IMG/VR virus record: IMGVR_UViG_3300047189_000049
Span: 1-62,185 of that record
Strand: one strand, 5' to 3'
DNA: 62,185 bases
Source: a virus
Lineage: Duplodnaviria; Caudoviricetes
Positions within the stretch are counted from its first letter, which is position 1. Every line of letters starts with the position of its first letter. Made by a program: the position numbers and the translations under genes. The notes under the pieces are model-generated. The model searched no databases, was not told the origin of the DNA, and saw only the letters and a list, made by a program, of their open reading frames with translations. Shown piece after piece: positions 36,057-45,169 of the stretch.

Positions 36057-36301
36057 GGCCCGCAACCGCGCAGCCTGTTGGATCGGTCAAGCCAAAACTG
36101 GCCCTTGGCCTCCAGCTTTTCGGCCTTGGCGACATTTCCGACCTCACGCGCCTCGTTGGCAGAAGAAAGGTAACTGTTGCCCCTCGCGTCAGCATCCGCT
36201 ATGCGTTCACGCAGTTTCTCCGCCCTGCGCTCGGCCTTGCGGCGCAGCTCTAGCCCATATCCAAGGGCGCGAACCCGATGCTGTCCGTCTGTCAAAACCA
36301 C
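36053..36301 (-). CDS. Hypothetical protein
   Basis: Helical, coupled to mom-like start; own start uncertain. Confidence 0.5.
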   Translation of the reverse strand: MVLTDGQHRVRALGYGLELRRKAERRAEKLRERIADADARGNSYLSSANEAREVGNVAKAEKLEAKGQFWLDRSNRLRGCGP

Positions 36302-36329
36302 GAGACTCCCTCCTTTGTCAGGAGGCGGC

Positions 36330-37331
36330 TCAAGCAGCCTCCATGGGATCCGTGAACAGCCGGCCGTTCAGGTGGTCGACCTCGTGCTGGATGATGGCGG
36401 CCATGAGCCCGCTGAACTTCATGAGCACGGGCACGCCGTCCACGTTCCGCCACCGCACGCGGATGCGCTTGGCGCGCTTCGTGGCGAGGTGAAACGTGCC
36501 GCGCTTCACGCTCAGGCAGCCGTCAGGCACGCGCTGCATGTCCTTGCTGCGCTCGATGATCTCCGGGTTCACCATGACGTACTCGTCGACGCCCCGGTTG
36601 CTGCGGTCGACGATGACGACGCGCGCGCGCACGCCGATCTGGTTCGCGGCGAGACCCACGCCGTTGCCGCTCGCGCGCAGCGTGGCGCGCATGTCGGCGA
36701 CGAGGAAGGGTAGCGCGGCCATGTGCTGCTCGCTGTCGAAGTCGATGGGTGTGCAGACGTCGCGCAGCCGCGGGTCGGGGTTCTGCAGGATGGCGCGCAC
36801 ACGCGGGACGTACGTGCCGTTGCCGGCGAGCGACGAGAGGATGTCATCTGGCGTCTTGATTAGTCTCAGAGGCTGCTCTGACCGCAAAACCATCTCCTCG
36901 TGCGAGATCTGTGTCCTCGTAATGTTGCCCAGATCGTCAGCTACAACCATGATTGCAGCCGGATTGCTGAGCGCCACGCAGGCGTCTCCAGACGTACAGT
37001 CGCCATCGTCGTCGCAGGACTGGCACAGGTTCTCGTCGCGAACCGGCGCCTCGACCTCCACGGTCTCCAGCGACTCTGGCGACGGCTCGCGGTACGCGAC
37101 GCTCAGGTCGTCGGGCACCGGCGGCTCGGGGTGCGCCACGCTCTGCAGCGCGACGCCGTCTTCTACCACGCCAGACAGCGCAGCACTCACCAGCCCCGAC
37201 ATGGCTGTGCGTGGGCTGATGTGAACGACCCTGCGATTTTCTGTGGTCTGCATGATCAAGCTGGCGACGGCGAGCTCGCTGCCGATGGGCAGGGCGCCGC
37301 GCTCAATGCGATTGGACATCGGGATCTCCAT
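36330..37331 (-). CDS. def: Peptide deformylase with long N-terminal extension
   Basis: GVGLAANQIG, DGCLSV (EGCLS variant), QHEVDHLNG. Confidence 0.85.
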   Translation of the reverse strand: MEIPMSNRIERGALPIGSELAVASLIMQTTENRRVVHISPRTAMSGLVSAALSGVVEDGVALQSVAHPEPPVPDDLSVAYREPSPESLETVEVEAPVRDENLCQSCDDDGDCTSGDACVALSNPAAIMVVADDLGNITRTQISHEEMVLRSEQPLRLIKTPDDILSSLAGNGTYVPRVRAILQNPDPRLRDVCTPIDFDSEQHMAALPFLVADMRATLRASGNGVGLAANQIGVRARVVIVDRSNRGVDEYVMVNPEIIERSKDMQRVPDGCLSVKRGTFHLATKRAKRIRVRWRNVDGVPVLMKFSGLMAAIIQHEVDHLNGRLFTDPMEAA

Positions 37332-37366
37332 TGGTGTGGATCAGTTCACAGTCGAGCGTAACTCCG

Positions 37367-37519
37367 TCAGGTCGACAGGTCAAGCTCGGCCGGCGTGAAG
37401 GCGCGCGGCTTCGGCTTGACGTACGTCGCGGGCGTACCCAGCTCGCGCAGGGCGTCGGCCCGCCCGCGCCAGTAGGCGAGGCGCAGCATCTGCAGCTTCA
37501 GGCTGATGGCGTGGCTCAT
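37367..37519 (-). CDS. Hypothetical protein
   Basis: MSHAISLKLQ..., ATGA coupling. Confidence 0.4.
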   Translation of the reverse strand: MSHAISLKLQMLRLAYWRGRADALRELGTPATYVKPKPRAFTPAELDLST

Positions 37520-37776
37520 ACGTGCTTGCCCACGGCCGCCAGCGCCTGCGTGGCGCGCTGCTCGCGCTTGCGCTTGACCACGGCCTTGATGGTCTCCATG
37601 ACCTCGGCCCAGTCGGGATTCTCGTGGCGGCGCTGGTCGCAGACGATCTCGCCTTCGACCTTGAACACGCGGCCGTGGACGGTGCCGGTGCAGGACAGCC
37701 ACACGCCGAGGCGCGCGCACAGCTGCTCGGCGTCGACGCGGCACGGTGCGGGGCCGATGGTTGCGCGGGTGCTCAT
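37516..37776 (-). CDS. Hypothetical protein
   Basis: MSTRATIGP..., GGAG RBS. Confidence 0.5.
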   Translation of the reverse strand: MSTRATIGPAPCRVDAEQLCARLGVWLSCTGTVHGRVFKVEGEIVCDQRRHENPDWAEVMETIKAVVKRKREQRATQALAAVGKHV

Positions 37777-37837
37777 CGGTCGCGCTCCACGAACCAGATG
37801 ACGACGTGGGCGAAGACCCACAGTGCGATCAGGTGCA

Positions 37838-38029
37838 TCACATCCCCCGGTCGCGGATGCGTAGGTGGATGGGACGCCGAGGCGGCAGCGGCTGGCGCGC
37901 GGCCCACTCGAAGTAGGACGGCGCGTTGCGCACGAACTTCGACCATACGGCGACGCCATCACGGTTGATGCCGACGATCAGTTGGCGACTGCCGAACTGC
38001 GCCATGCGAACGTATTCGATTGAGCTCAT
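37838..38029 (-). CDS. Hypothetical protein
   Basis: GGAGG RBS; first gene after promoter at 38085. Confidence 0.5.
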   Translation of the reverse strand: MSSIEYVRMAQFGSRQLIVGINRDGVAVWSKFVRNAPSYFEWAARQPLPPRRPIHLRIRDRGM

Positions 38030-38056
38030 GCTTCCTCCATCAGTGTGTAGCCTCTG

Positions 38057-38085
38057 ACGATACGGGTGTTGCAGCCTGTTGTCAA
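38057..38085 (-). promoter_or_regulatory. sigma70-type promoter with operator-like spacer
   Basis: TTGACA-17-TATCGT; GGCTGCAACACCC at 38076-38064. Confidence 0.6.
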
Positions 38086-38276
38086 GCCCCGATTGGCACG
38101 CGCTCGACGAGCGCCACGGCAGAGACGTGGGCGTACGAGCCGTCCGCGTTGAAGCAGACGGAGTACATGCCGTCGACGTGGTCGAACGTCATCACGACGG
38201 ACCGTGTGCCGTCGGGGAAGACGACCTGAAAGTGGTCGCCGCGCTTGAGCTCGTAGAGCTTTAGGGTGTCATTCAT
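38082..38276 (-). CDS. Hypothetical protein
   Basis: MNDTLKLYELKRGDHF..FDHVDGMYSVC. Confidence 0.55.
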   Translation of the reverse strand: MNDTLKLYELKRGDHFQVVFPDGTRSVVMTFDHVDGMYSVCFNADGSYAHVSAVALVERVPIGA

Positions 38277-38298
38277 CGTGGTGCTCCCATAGGACCGC

Positions 38299-38886
38299 TC
38301 AGAACGGGATTCCGTCGTCCTCCACGAACTCACTGGCACGCTTCTTGACCGCGGCGACCGGGTCGACCTTCTCGGCCGCGATGACGGTCGCGCCGGCGAA
38401 CTGCGCCTTGATCGCCTTCACGACGTCGTCCTGCGCCGCGACGAGGTGCGCCAGCTCTTCGAGCGACCACACGGTTTCGTCCTCGCTTCGCTTGACATAA
38501 CGGTGTGTGGCCTCACTGTCACCGACCAGCACGAGCGTCTGGCCGTTGGGCATCGCTGCGCGCCAGCGCTTGTCGCCGAAGAAGTGGCCCGCAGCCAGCG
38601 CCGCCTTTTCGACAGCACGCCACGCGTTGCACATGCGCGCGCACTGAAGCCGCAGGTCGTCGATGCCGCCGTTCCACTCTGCGTTGTTGAGCAGCGCCCG
38701 CTGTCGGTCGAACTTGATCCTGAGCTCGTCAGGCGCCAGCAGTCGCAGCCGGCCACGACCCCAGCGGTCCTCAAGGCTGTTCGCCAGCGCGTCGACCGCG
38801 TTGAGTTCGGCGTACCCCAGCTCGTACGTGTGCTGGTTGATCTGCCACGCCGCCACCGGCCCACCCGCTGATATCTTTCTTGCCAT
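38299..38886 (-). CDS. Replication-module protein with SSB-like acidic tail
   Basis: RWGRGRLRLL..KFDRQ; ends DDGIPF; GGAGG RBS. Confidence 0.6.
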   Translation of the reverse strand: MARKISAGGPVAAWQINQHTYELGYAELNAVDALANSLEDRWGRGRLRLLAPDELRIKFDRQRALLNNAEWNGGIDDLRLQCARMCNAWRAVEKAALAAGHFFGDKRWRAAMPNGQTLVLVGDSEATHRYVKRSEDETVWSLEELAHLVAAQDDVVKAIKAQFAGATVIAAEKVDPVAAVKKRASEFVEDDGIPF

Positions 38887-38947
38887 GACCGTGACCTCCG
38901 TTATATCGAAATAGGATCGTGTAACAATTACCTAGACGCACCGACAG

Positions 38948-39352
38948 CTAAGGTGCGCCGCCTCCGCGGGTCTTCGTGACGAACCCGGGTTCGTTCTCGT
39001 TGCGCCACCAGCCGGCACGAGGGCTCACCTCGACGTACTCACGCATCCGCGCAAGCACGGCATCAGCCACCTGCGGCCACTGCTGCAGGAGCTTGGTCGG
39101 CTCCGGGCCGGGCAGGAATCCGATGCCCTTGGTGTCACGGGCCGCGAGGGTGAGCGACCACGTGCGCTTGCGCTGCGTCGTGTCGTCGAGGAACAGCCTG
39201 AAGCCCACGCTGCCGTTCCACGAGCGCGTCGGACAGTACACGAGCGTCCACCGCCGGTGCGTCCACACGACCTCCTCGCCGGGGAGCCTGACGAACCGCC
39301 GTCCGCCGACCTCCCACGCGTCCTCACCGGGCGCTGGTACCCGCGTGCTCAC
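38948..39352 (-). CDS. Hypothetical protein, paralog of 39349-39726
   Basis: GGRRF..GEEVV..WTLVYCP..FRLF..RKRTW. Confidence 0.55.
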   Translation of the reverse strand: MSTRVPAPGEDAWEVGGRRFVRLPGEEVVWTHRRWTLVYCPTRSWNGSVGFRLFLDDTTQRKRTWSLTLAARDTKGIGFLPGPEPTKLLQQWPQVADAVLARMREYVEVSPRAGWWRNENEPGFVTKTRGGGAP

Positions 39353-39726
39353 AGGTCACCCGGCCACGTGAAGCTGCCATCGGCGTTCCACCGGCCGATC
39401 AGCTTGCGGTCGCGGGCGAACCTGCGGGCCGTACTCAGCGCCCACGCGTACGCCTCGTCGTGGTTCTCGTACAGGTGCTTGGCGTCAGCGCCGCGGCCGA
39501 AGCCGCTATGCGGCTTGTCATACACGCTGGACCTGACCACCCACGAACGCTTGCGCAGGTCAGCATCCGCGAACACCCGGAACACCACATCCAGCTCTCC
39601 GGCTCCCGCAGGGCACCACACGAGCGTCCACTCCATGCCCTCACGATCCGCGACCTCGACGACCTCATCGCCGTCCCGCCTGTCGAACCGCTTGCCCCCA
39701 AAACGCCAGTACTCACGCCCGCTCAC
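39349..39726 (-). CDS. Hypothetical protein, paralog of 38948-39352
   Basis: GGKRF..GDEVV..WTLVWCP..FRVF..RKRSW. Confidence 0.55.
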   Translation of the reverse strand: MSGREYWRFGGKRFDRRDGDEVVEVADREGMEWTLVWCPAGAGELDVVFRVFADADLRKRSWVVRSSVYDKPHSGFGRGADAKHLYENHDEAYAWALSTARRFARDRKLIGRWNADGSFTWPGDL

Positions 39727-39841
39727 GCTTCACCCCCGCGCAGGAAGCGAGCGGGATATCCGCGCAGCGCAAGCGCAGCGGATTCCCGCGTGGCTTCCCC
39801 GCGCGCTCCGTATGCTGCACCGCAAGCCGGAGACGCGGGGT

Positions 39842-39972
39842 CGTATATATACCTCTGGTATATATACGCCCCATTTCCGCAAAAAATGGAATTTATGTCT
39901 CCGGCGTCTACCGCTTTGATTCCGTTGATCTTTTCGACCCTGTCTCCGGCGTCTCCGGCGGTGTCTCCGGCG
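39842..39972. repeat. Candidate replication origin: AT-rich hairpin plus four GTCTCCGGCG iterons
   Basis: CGTATATATACC-tct-GGTATATATACG at 39842-39868; iterons at 39897, 39942, 39951, 39963; right after primase-helicase. Confidence 0.55.
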
Positions 39973-40036
39973 TATGTTGCGATAGCAACTCCGGCTGGCA
40001 GTGCACCATGATACGAATCAATGACTTGGTTCATTT

Positions 40037-42214
40037 TCATGGCTGTGCTCCGTCAAATTCCGACGGTGCGGCAGCGCTGATGGCTTCCCCGGGCTTGGCT
40101 TTGCGCAGGCCCTGTTTCTTGGCCTTCGGGTCGTAGATGTCGAGCACGATGACGCCCTGCATCAGCCAGCTTTCGATCAGCCGCTCGGCGATCTCGGGCT
40201 TCACGTCGAAGCGCACGATGTGGGCTACGGCGTAGCGCCCTTCAGTCTTCGCGCGCGCGTTGGGCGACCACGGCCTCTTGTGGTCCCACGCGTCCTGCAT
40301 GGAGTCGAGGATGGCCGTGCAGGTGACGCGGTCGGGCCAGTCACTCTGGGGCGCCGTGGGCATGGCCTCGGCCTTCTCGGCGTACAGGCTGGTGGTGCCC
40401 TTCAGGTCGCCTAGGATGACCTTTCGAAGGCGATAGGGGTCAGCCCAGCCGTCGGCCGCGGCCTTGATCTTCGTGGCCGTGAGGACCCCTGTCTCGGCGC
40501 CCTGCTCGCGCTCGACTTGGAACAGGAAGTCGCCGGCGCCGTCGAAGACCGTGGAGCCGCGCAGGTTGCCCGCACGGCTGGTGTGGTGCACGCCCATCAC
40601 CGTGGCGCCGAAACCCTGCCTGAGGCGGTCACAGGCGCCCACGAAGAGCGTCATGTCCTTCTGCAGGTTCTCGTCGGCGCCCGGCAGCACGCGCGACACC
40701 GTGTCGACGACGATCATGACCGGGGGCGCACCCGCCCGCTCGACCACGCCCTGCACGGTCTTGTACAGGCGCTCGACGTCGCCGGGCTCCATGAAATTCA
40801 TGGACTGCCGGATCAGGTAGAACGGTGATTCGTAAAGCATTTCCGGCTGCCCGCCGAGCTCGCACATGCCCCACGCCATGAGCCTGAACTTGACGTCGCC
40901 GGTGCCCTCGCTGGAGATGTACAGGACGGGGCCATGCTTCAGGATCTTGCGACCCCACCACGACTCGCGCTTGTTCGCGATGGCAAGGGCTAGGCTCAGC
41001 GCGACGAAGGACTTGCCCGTGCCCGGCGCCCCATAGATGAAGCCGAGGCCGTTGTCGATGACCGCGCCCTCGACCAGCCACTCGGGATCCGGCAGATTCA
41101 TCACCTCGCCGACGCTCAGGACCTCGTAGGTGTCGACCAGCGGTGGCCCGAAATCGTCCTCTGAGGCTGTTACAGCACTTTTGGAGCCCTCCGTGGGGGT
41201 GTCACCCCCTGTTGCGTGATCGTGGCGTGCAGGGGCTGTGCCTGCCCATTGCGGGACCTTGGTGTCCCACTGCTGGATGGCGGCGTGCCAGCGCTGGGTG
41301 AATGCGGTGACGCCGCGGCCCTCGCGCTCCAGCAGCATGTGGTTGGGGACGCCGGGCTCGCTGATGCGGGACTTCACGCGGCGCTCGTAGAAGGCGAAGG
41401 CGTCGCGCAGCGCGGACTGCAGCTGGTCGGGGGAGGGGAGGACCGGGGATGCCCGGTAGAGGTCGAGGATGCGCGCCCAGACCACGCGCGCCATGTAGTC
41501 CTCGCGGCCGTCCACGATGGCGCCGAAAGCGTCGGTCGCGGCGGCTGGCGTCGCTGTGCGCTCCGCCGGTCCGGCCGCTCCCGGCGCGCTGTGCTTGCGC
41601 CCGTGGGTGTTGATGACGTCGTCGATGGCCATGGCCAGCCAGTGCGGGACGTCGGCCACCGGGCAGTCCCATGGCGGCAGGAGCCACTCGTAGCGGTCTC
41701 CGGACTCGTGCAGGCTGGGCGGCAGCATGGCGAAGCCGCCCTCGCCGCGGATGTCCACGCCGATGGCCGTCTTGTTCGTGGGCGGGGTCCACACCTCGTA
41801 CTGGGGCGCGCGGAAGAAGTACTGCAGGCCGCCGCCGCCCGTGCGCTGCACCGGGGTCTGGATGGCCTTGCCGTCGTTGTGCTCTTCGAGCAGGGCCTGC
41901 CACCAGCCTTCGGCCTCGGGGTGCTTCTGCGTGTCGAGGTCGAGCACGAAGACGTTGTGGCTGCAGCGGCCGGTGAGCAGCCCCATCTGCATGTTCTGCA
42001 GGCAGTGGCCTTGCGGGCCGTAGAGCGAGTCGAAGTCCTCGTCGCTCATGATCTCGGCCTGCAGGTCGCGCCAGCTGTCGACCGCGGGGCGCTTCCACTG
42101 CTTGCCCGGCTCGGGCCGGTGCGCCGGCACCACCTGCCAGCCCCAGTCCCTGTAGAGGCGCGCGTAGTCCGCGGCGCCCGCGAATTCAGGATCGAATGCG
42201 TCTGCCATTGACAT
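40037..42214 (-). CDS. Bifunctional primase-polymerase fused to RepA/AAA_25-type helicase
   Basis: GWQVVP, GLLTG, VLDLD, RTGGGG..YFF, GVDIRGEGGF..LPPSLH; GAPGTGKS, IVVDTVSR, VHHTS, LRGST. Confidence 0.9.
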   Translation of the reverse strand: MSMADAFDPEFAGAADYARLYRDWGWQVVPAHRPEPGKQWKRPAVDSWRDLQAEIMSDEDFDSLYGPQGHCLQNMQMGLLTGRCSHNVFVLDLDTQKHPEAEGWWQALLEEHNDGKAIQTPVQRTGGGGLQYFFRAPQYEVWTPPTNKTAIGVDIRGEGGFAMLPPSLHESGDRYEWLLPPWDCPVADVPHWLAMAIDDVINTHGRKHSAPGAAGPAERTATPAAATDAFGAIVDGREDYMARVVWARILDLYRASPVLPSPDQLQSALRDAFAFYERRVKSRISEPGVPNHMLLEREGRGVTAFTQRWHAAIQQWDTKVPQWAGTAPARHDHATGGDTPTEGSKSAVTASEDDFGPPLVDTYEVLSVGEVMNLPDPEWLVEGAVIDNGLGFIYGAPGTGKSFVALSLALAIANKRESWWGRKILKHGPVLYISSEGTGDVKFRLMAWGMCELGGQPEMLYESPFYLIRQSMNFMEPGDVERLYKTVQGVVERAGAPPVMIVVDTVSRVLPGADENLQKDMTLFVGACDRLRQGFGATVMGVHHTSRAGNLRGSTVFDGAGDFLFQVEREQGAETGVLTATKIKAAADGWADPYRLRKVILGDLKGTTSLYAEKAEAMPTAPQSDWPDRVTCTAILDSMQDAWDHKRPWSPNARAKTEGRYAVAHIVRFDVKPEIAERLIESWLMQGVIVLDIYDPKAKKQGLRKAKPGEAISAAAPSEFDGAQP

Positions 42215-42261
42215 TGTCCGTTGTCGACTCTAATGTCGACTGCTCGTGTTTGGTCTGTCTT

Positions 42262-42298
42262 AAAGGGCTCAGCGTTCTCAGCGCTGGGCCCTTTTTAT
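42262..42298. terminator. Hairpin/intrinsic terminator
   Basis: AAAGGGCTCAGCG...CGCTGGGCCCTTTTT. Confidence 0.6.
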
Positions 42299-42589
42299 TA
42301 TACTAAGCTTCGCCCGTCAAGCCCGCGAGCTGCCAGTGCCTCGTGAGGAAGTCGTCGAGCTCCTCGACGGGCAGCATGCAGCCCGGCGCGGTGCGCCAGC
42401 ACACGCGGCCGCGGACGTGCAGGTAGACGTAGCGCTTTTCGGCCGGCGCCGGCATGTACCAGACACCGTGAACCTCATTAGGCTCAGGCAGGACCCTGAC
42501 GATCTCCACGTCCAGCGGCAGCATGCCGAGGTCGCGCAGCTTCGCCAGCGGCACGCGGATCGCCTGATCCCTTACTCCATCAGGGAGGC

Positions 42590-43117
42590 TCACATAGCCG
42601 CCAGCGCGCCCTCGCGCTTCACCGTGTTCAGCGACGGACCTATAACACCTAGGCCATATACACATAGCAAAGATGCATCAGCGCGTCCGTCGTGCTTCTT
42701 GAGGCCGAAGTACTCGGTGAAGGCGGGGAAGAGCTGCTGGGCACGCAGGCGCGCGCCGTCCTTGCCGTCGCGGCTGCCCGTGGCCTTCTGCCATGCCTGC
42801 GGCGTCACGATGTCGGTGGAGATGCGCATCGCCGCGAGCACGCCTTCCACGATGCCAGCGCTGCGGCCGAACGCGAACATCGATGTGACGCCCTGCCCGG
42901 GCATGGCGCCGACGCGCTCGAAGAACGCGCGCGCCTCCAGTTGGTCGGTGCGGTTGCGCACGATGTCGGCGATGCCCGCCGCGCTGACCTCGCGCTTCTT
43001 CTTGCCGTTGCGCACGATCTCATTGACGGGCATGTCGTAGACCCACAGGTACTGGGCCTCGGTGTCGTAGAACGCGAGCGCCCCGGACGCGCCGGGGTCG
43101 ATTCCTAGAATAATCAA
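42590..43117 (-). CDS. RuvC-like Holliday junction resolvase
   Basis: ILGIDPGASGALA, FERVGAMPGQGVTSMFAFG, VTPQAWQK, DGRADA. Confidence 0.85.
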   Translation of the reverse strand: MIILGIDPGASGALAFYDTEAQYLWVYDMPVNEIVRNGKKKREVSAAGIADIVRNRTDQLEARAFFERVGAMPGQGVTSMFAFGRSAGIVEGVLAAMRISTDIVTPQAWQKATGSRDGKDGARLRAQQLFPAFTEYFGLKKHDGRADASLLCVYGLGVIGPSLNTVKREGALAAM

Positions 43118-43638
43118 GATGTTACTCCTGTAGCTATATGTGATCGTGAGAGAATGCTGGCGGTTCTTTCGTGGATATTAAAAATCTCGGCTAGATCCCG
43201 TACCTTGATACCACCTCTCCTGAGCAAAACTATTTCGATACGGTCATGTGCGGACAGCTTCGAGTTTGGGTGCGCTGAACCACGCATTACTCTTGCGCCA
43301 TCGGCCCCTAATCCACCTTTCCTTCCTTTCGCAACGCGATCATTGATGTTGTCTTGGTTAGTCCCAAGAAAAAGATGCTCTGGATTTACGCATGGCGGAT
43401 TGTCACACCTGTGCAGGACGTGCATTCCGCAAGGAACTTCGCCACGATGAATGGACCAAGACACCCTATGCGCTAGGACTCCGCGAGACTTTCGACCGCC
43501 AATTTTTGTGCACCCATATCCTTGTTTATTTCTATAACCCTCCCAAATCCAGCACCCTTCTGAGCGAACAACGTGACGCTCGAATATTTCTCTTGCGGAA
43601 CTGATTCTCCTGCCGTTGGATGACTTAGTTGGTCTCAT
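43114..43638 (-). mobile_element. HNH homing endonuclease
   Basis: CWIWEG..GYG..AHRVSW..VLHRCDNPPCVNPEHLFLGT..DN; markedly lower GC. Confidence 0.9.
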
Positions 43639-43640
43639 AG

Positions 43641-43850
43641 CTAGTTTTCGTAGGTGAAGTGTCGGAACAGGTTGTTGCGCTGGATGAACGTCTCGACGTG
43701 GTGCGCATCGACCGTGCCACCCATGACCCATATCATGAGCTGGCAAAGCTGAACGCTCTCTGTGGGCGTAAGGTCCTCGCGCGGCAGCAAACGCCTGCCA
43801 TTCGTGTCCTTGAACGCGAAAGGCATTTCGATACGCCCGTCGATACTCAT
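43641..43850 (-). CDS. Hypothetical protein, paralog of 44064-44399
   Basis: PREDLTPTESVQL...NNLFRHF. Confidence 0.55.
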   Translation of the reverse strand: MSIDGRIEMPFAFKDTNGRRLLPREDLTPTESVQLCQLMIWVMGGTVDAHHVETFIQRNNLFRHFTYEN

Positions 43851-44071
43851 GGCAGGTCGATGCTCGCTACAGGGATGTGGGCGATGTCCATGTGAAGCGT
43901 GGCGTCGCGGTCGTTGCCACTGAGCTTCATCATGTGGTTGAAGGCGTCGACAGCGAACTGCGCGGGGTCGCTGCCGCCAAAGCTCACGTGGAAGCTCACT
44001 ACGTTAACGCTTGCCTCCTTCAGGTTCTTCTCCGCCAGATCGCGGATGGCCTGCTCCTGTGCGCTAGTCAC
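43847..44071 (-). CDS. Hypothetical protein
   Basis: Coupled ORF. Confidence 0.5.
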   Translation of the reverse strand: MTSAQEQAIRDLAEKNLKEASVNVVSFHVSFGGSDPAQFAVDAFNHMMKLSGNDRDATLHMDIAHIPVASIDLP

Positions 44072-44399
44072 GCGACAGGCTCCCGAAGTGCCGCTGCAGG
44101 CCGTGCAGGCGCACGTAGCCCTGATAGTCGTGCGGAGTGTGCAGGACGCCGTGCGCGAGCATCACGGCGAGGTGCGCGGCTTCCACCGGCGTCATGTCGT
44201 CGCGCGGGTTGAACCTGCCGAAGGGCTCGATGACGAGGGAGGGGAGGGGCGGCTTGGCGTCGCAGAAGCCGAACGCCATCTCGACGGGCAGAGAGACCAG
44301 CTCCATCTCGCGCGGCATGTGGCCGGGGATGCCGAAGAGGTCCTCGCCGGACAGCTCGCTGCCCAGCATGGACAGGAAGTCTTTGAGATCACTTGCCAT
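44064..44399 (-). CDS. Hypothetical protein, paralog of 43641-43850
   Basis: PRDDMTPVEAAHL...HGLQRHF; GGAG RBS. Confidence 0.55.
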   Translation of the reverse strand: MASDLKDFLSMLGSELSGEDLFGIPGHMPREMELVSLPVEMAFGFCDAKPPLPSLVIEPFGRFNPRDDMTPVEAAHLAVMLAHGVLHTPHDYQGYVRLHGLQRHFGSLSRD

Positions 44400-44464
44400 A
44401 ATCAGTCTCCGAGAGTTGTGGAGCCTCCGTTCTACAAGCCGGCGCCCGGGGAGTCAAGGTGGTG

Positions 44465-44493
44465 TTGACAGGAGGGTGTTTCTGCCATAGACT
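44465..44493 (+). promoter_or_regulatory. Early sigma70-type promoter at the strand-switch region
   Basis: TTGACA-17-TAGACT; GGGTGTTTCTGCC at 44474-44486. Confidence 0.75.
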
Positions 44494-44529
44494 ATCCCCA
44501 CTGACCGATCACAACCGATGGAGACCGAT

Positions 44530-44901
44530 ATGACCACCACCCCCAAGTTGACCCCCGCGCAGATCGCCGAGCTCGTTGCGCGCGCCCACGTCGAGGGCCA
44601 TGCGGCCGCCACTGCTGCGGTGCCGACCCCGATGATCGTCTCGGACAGCAAGACCGAGTACTTCGTCTCCGAGGGCCCCTGCGGCTTCGCGTGGGTCAGC
44701 ATCAAGCCGGCCAACAGCGCGGTTGCCAAGTATCTCGTCGCCGCCGGCCGCGCCCGCAAGAACTCGTACGAGGGCGGCGTGCAGATCCGGGTCAGCGACT
44801 ACGGCCAGAGCATCGCGCGCAAGGAAGCCTACGCCCGCGCGTACGCCGAGGTCCTGAGCGGCGCCGGCATCCGGGCGTACTCCGCTTCACGGATGGATTG
44901 A
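44530..44901 (+). CDS. Conserved early phage protein
   Basis: GPCGFAWV..GQSIARKEAYARAYAEVL..GI; GGAGACCGATATG start. Confidence 0.7.
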   Translation: MTTTPKLTPAQIAELVARAHVEGHAAATAAVPTPMIVSDSKTEYFVSEGPCGFAWVSIKPANSAVAKYLVAAGRARKNSYEGGVQIRVSDYGQSIARKEAYARAYAEVLSGAGIRAYSASRMD

Positions 44902-44926
44902 CACCCGGATGTTTCTGCCTTAACCT
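44898..44926 (+). promoter_or_regulatory. sigma70-type promoter with operator-like spacer
   Basis: TTGACA-17-TAACCT; GGATGTTTCTGCC at 44907-44919. Confidence 0.7.
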
Positions 44927-44962
44927 GTCTGCACTGACCGCAAACAACCGATGGAGACCGAC

Positions 44963-45169
44963 ATGAGCCAGCCCTACTACATCGCCGTCCGCAAGTCCGA
45001 CGGGAAGTTCATCAGCAGCCCATACGGGGATATCTGCTCTGAATACCCGGACGCGTGCCAGTTCTCCTCAGGGCGCCGCGCCATGTACGCCATACGCGAT
45101 GGCGAGCACGAGGCCTCCGACTTCAACATCATCACGACCGACGCATACCAGAACGGAGATTTCTCATGA
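44963..45169 (+). CDS. Hypothetical early protein
   Basis: GGAGACCGACATG start. Confidence 0.55.
   Translation: MSQPYYIAVRKSDGKFISSPYGDICSEYPDACQFSSGRRAMYAIRDGEHEASDFNIITTDAYQNGDFS

Noticed and set aside
39723-40040. 105-aa ORF
   Set aside because: Overlies iteron/hairpin region with atypical composition; not supported as a protein
42303-42665. 120-aa ORF downstream of RuvC-like gene
   Set aside because: The 3' part may be coding, but no convincing start or family could be assigned
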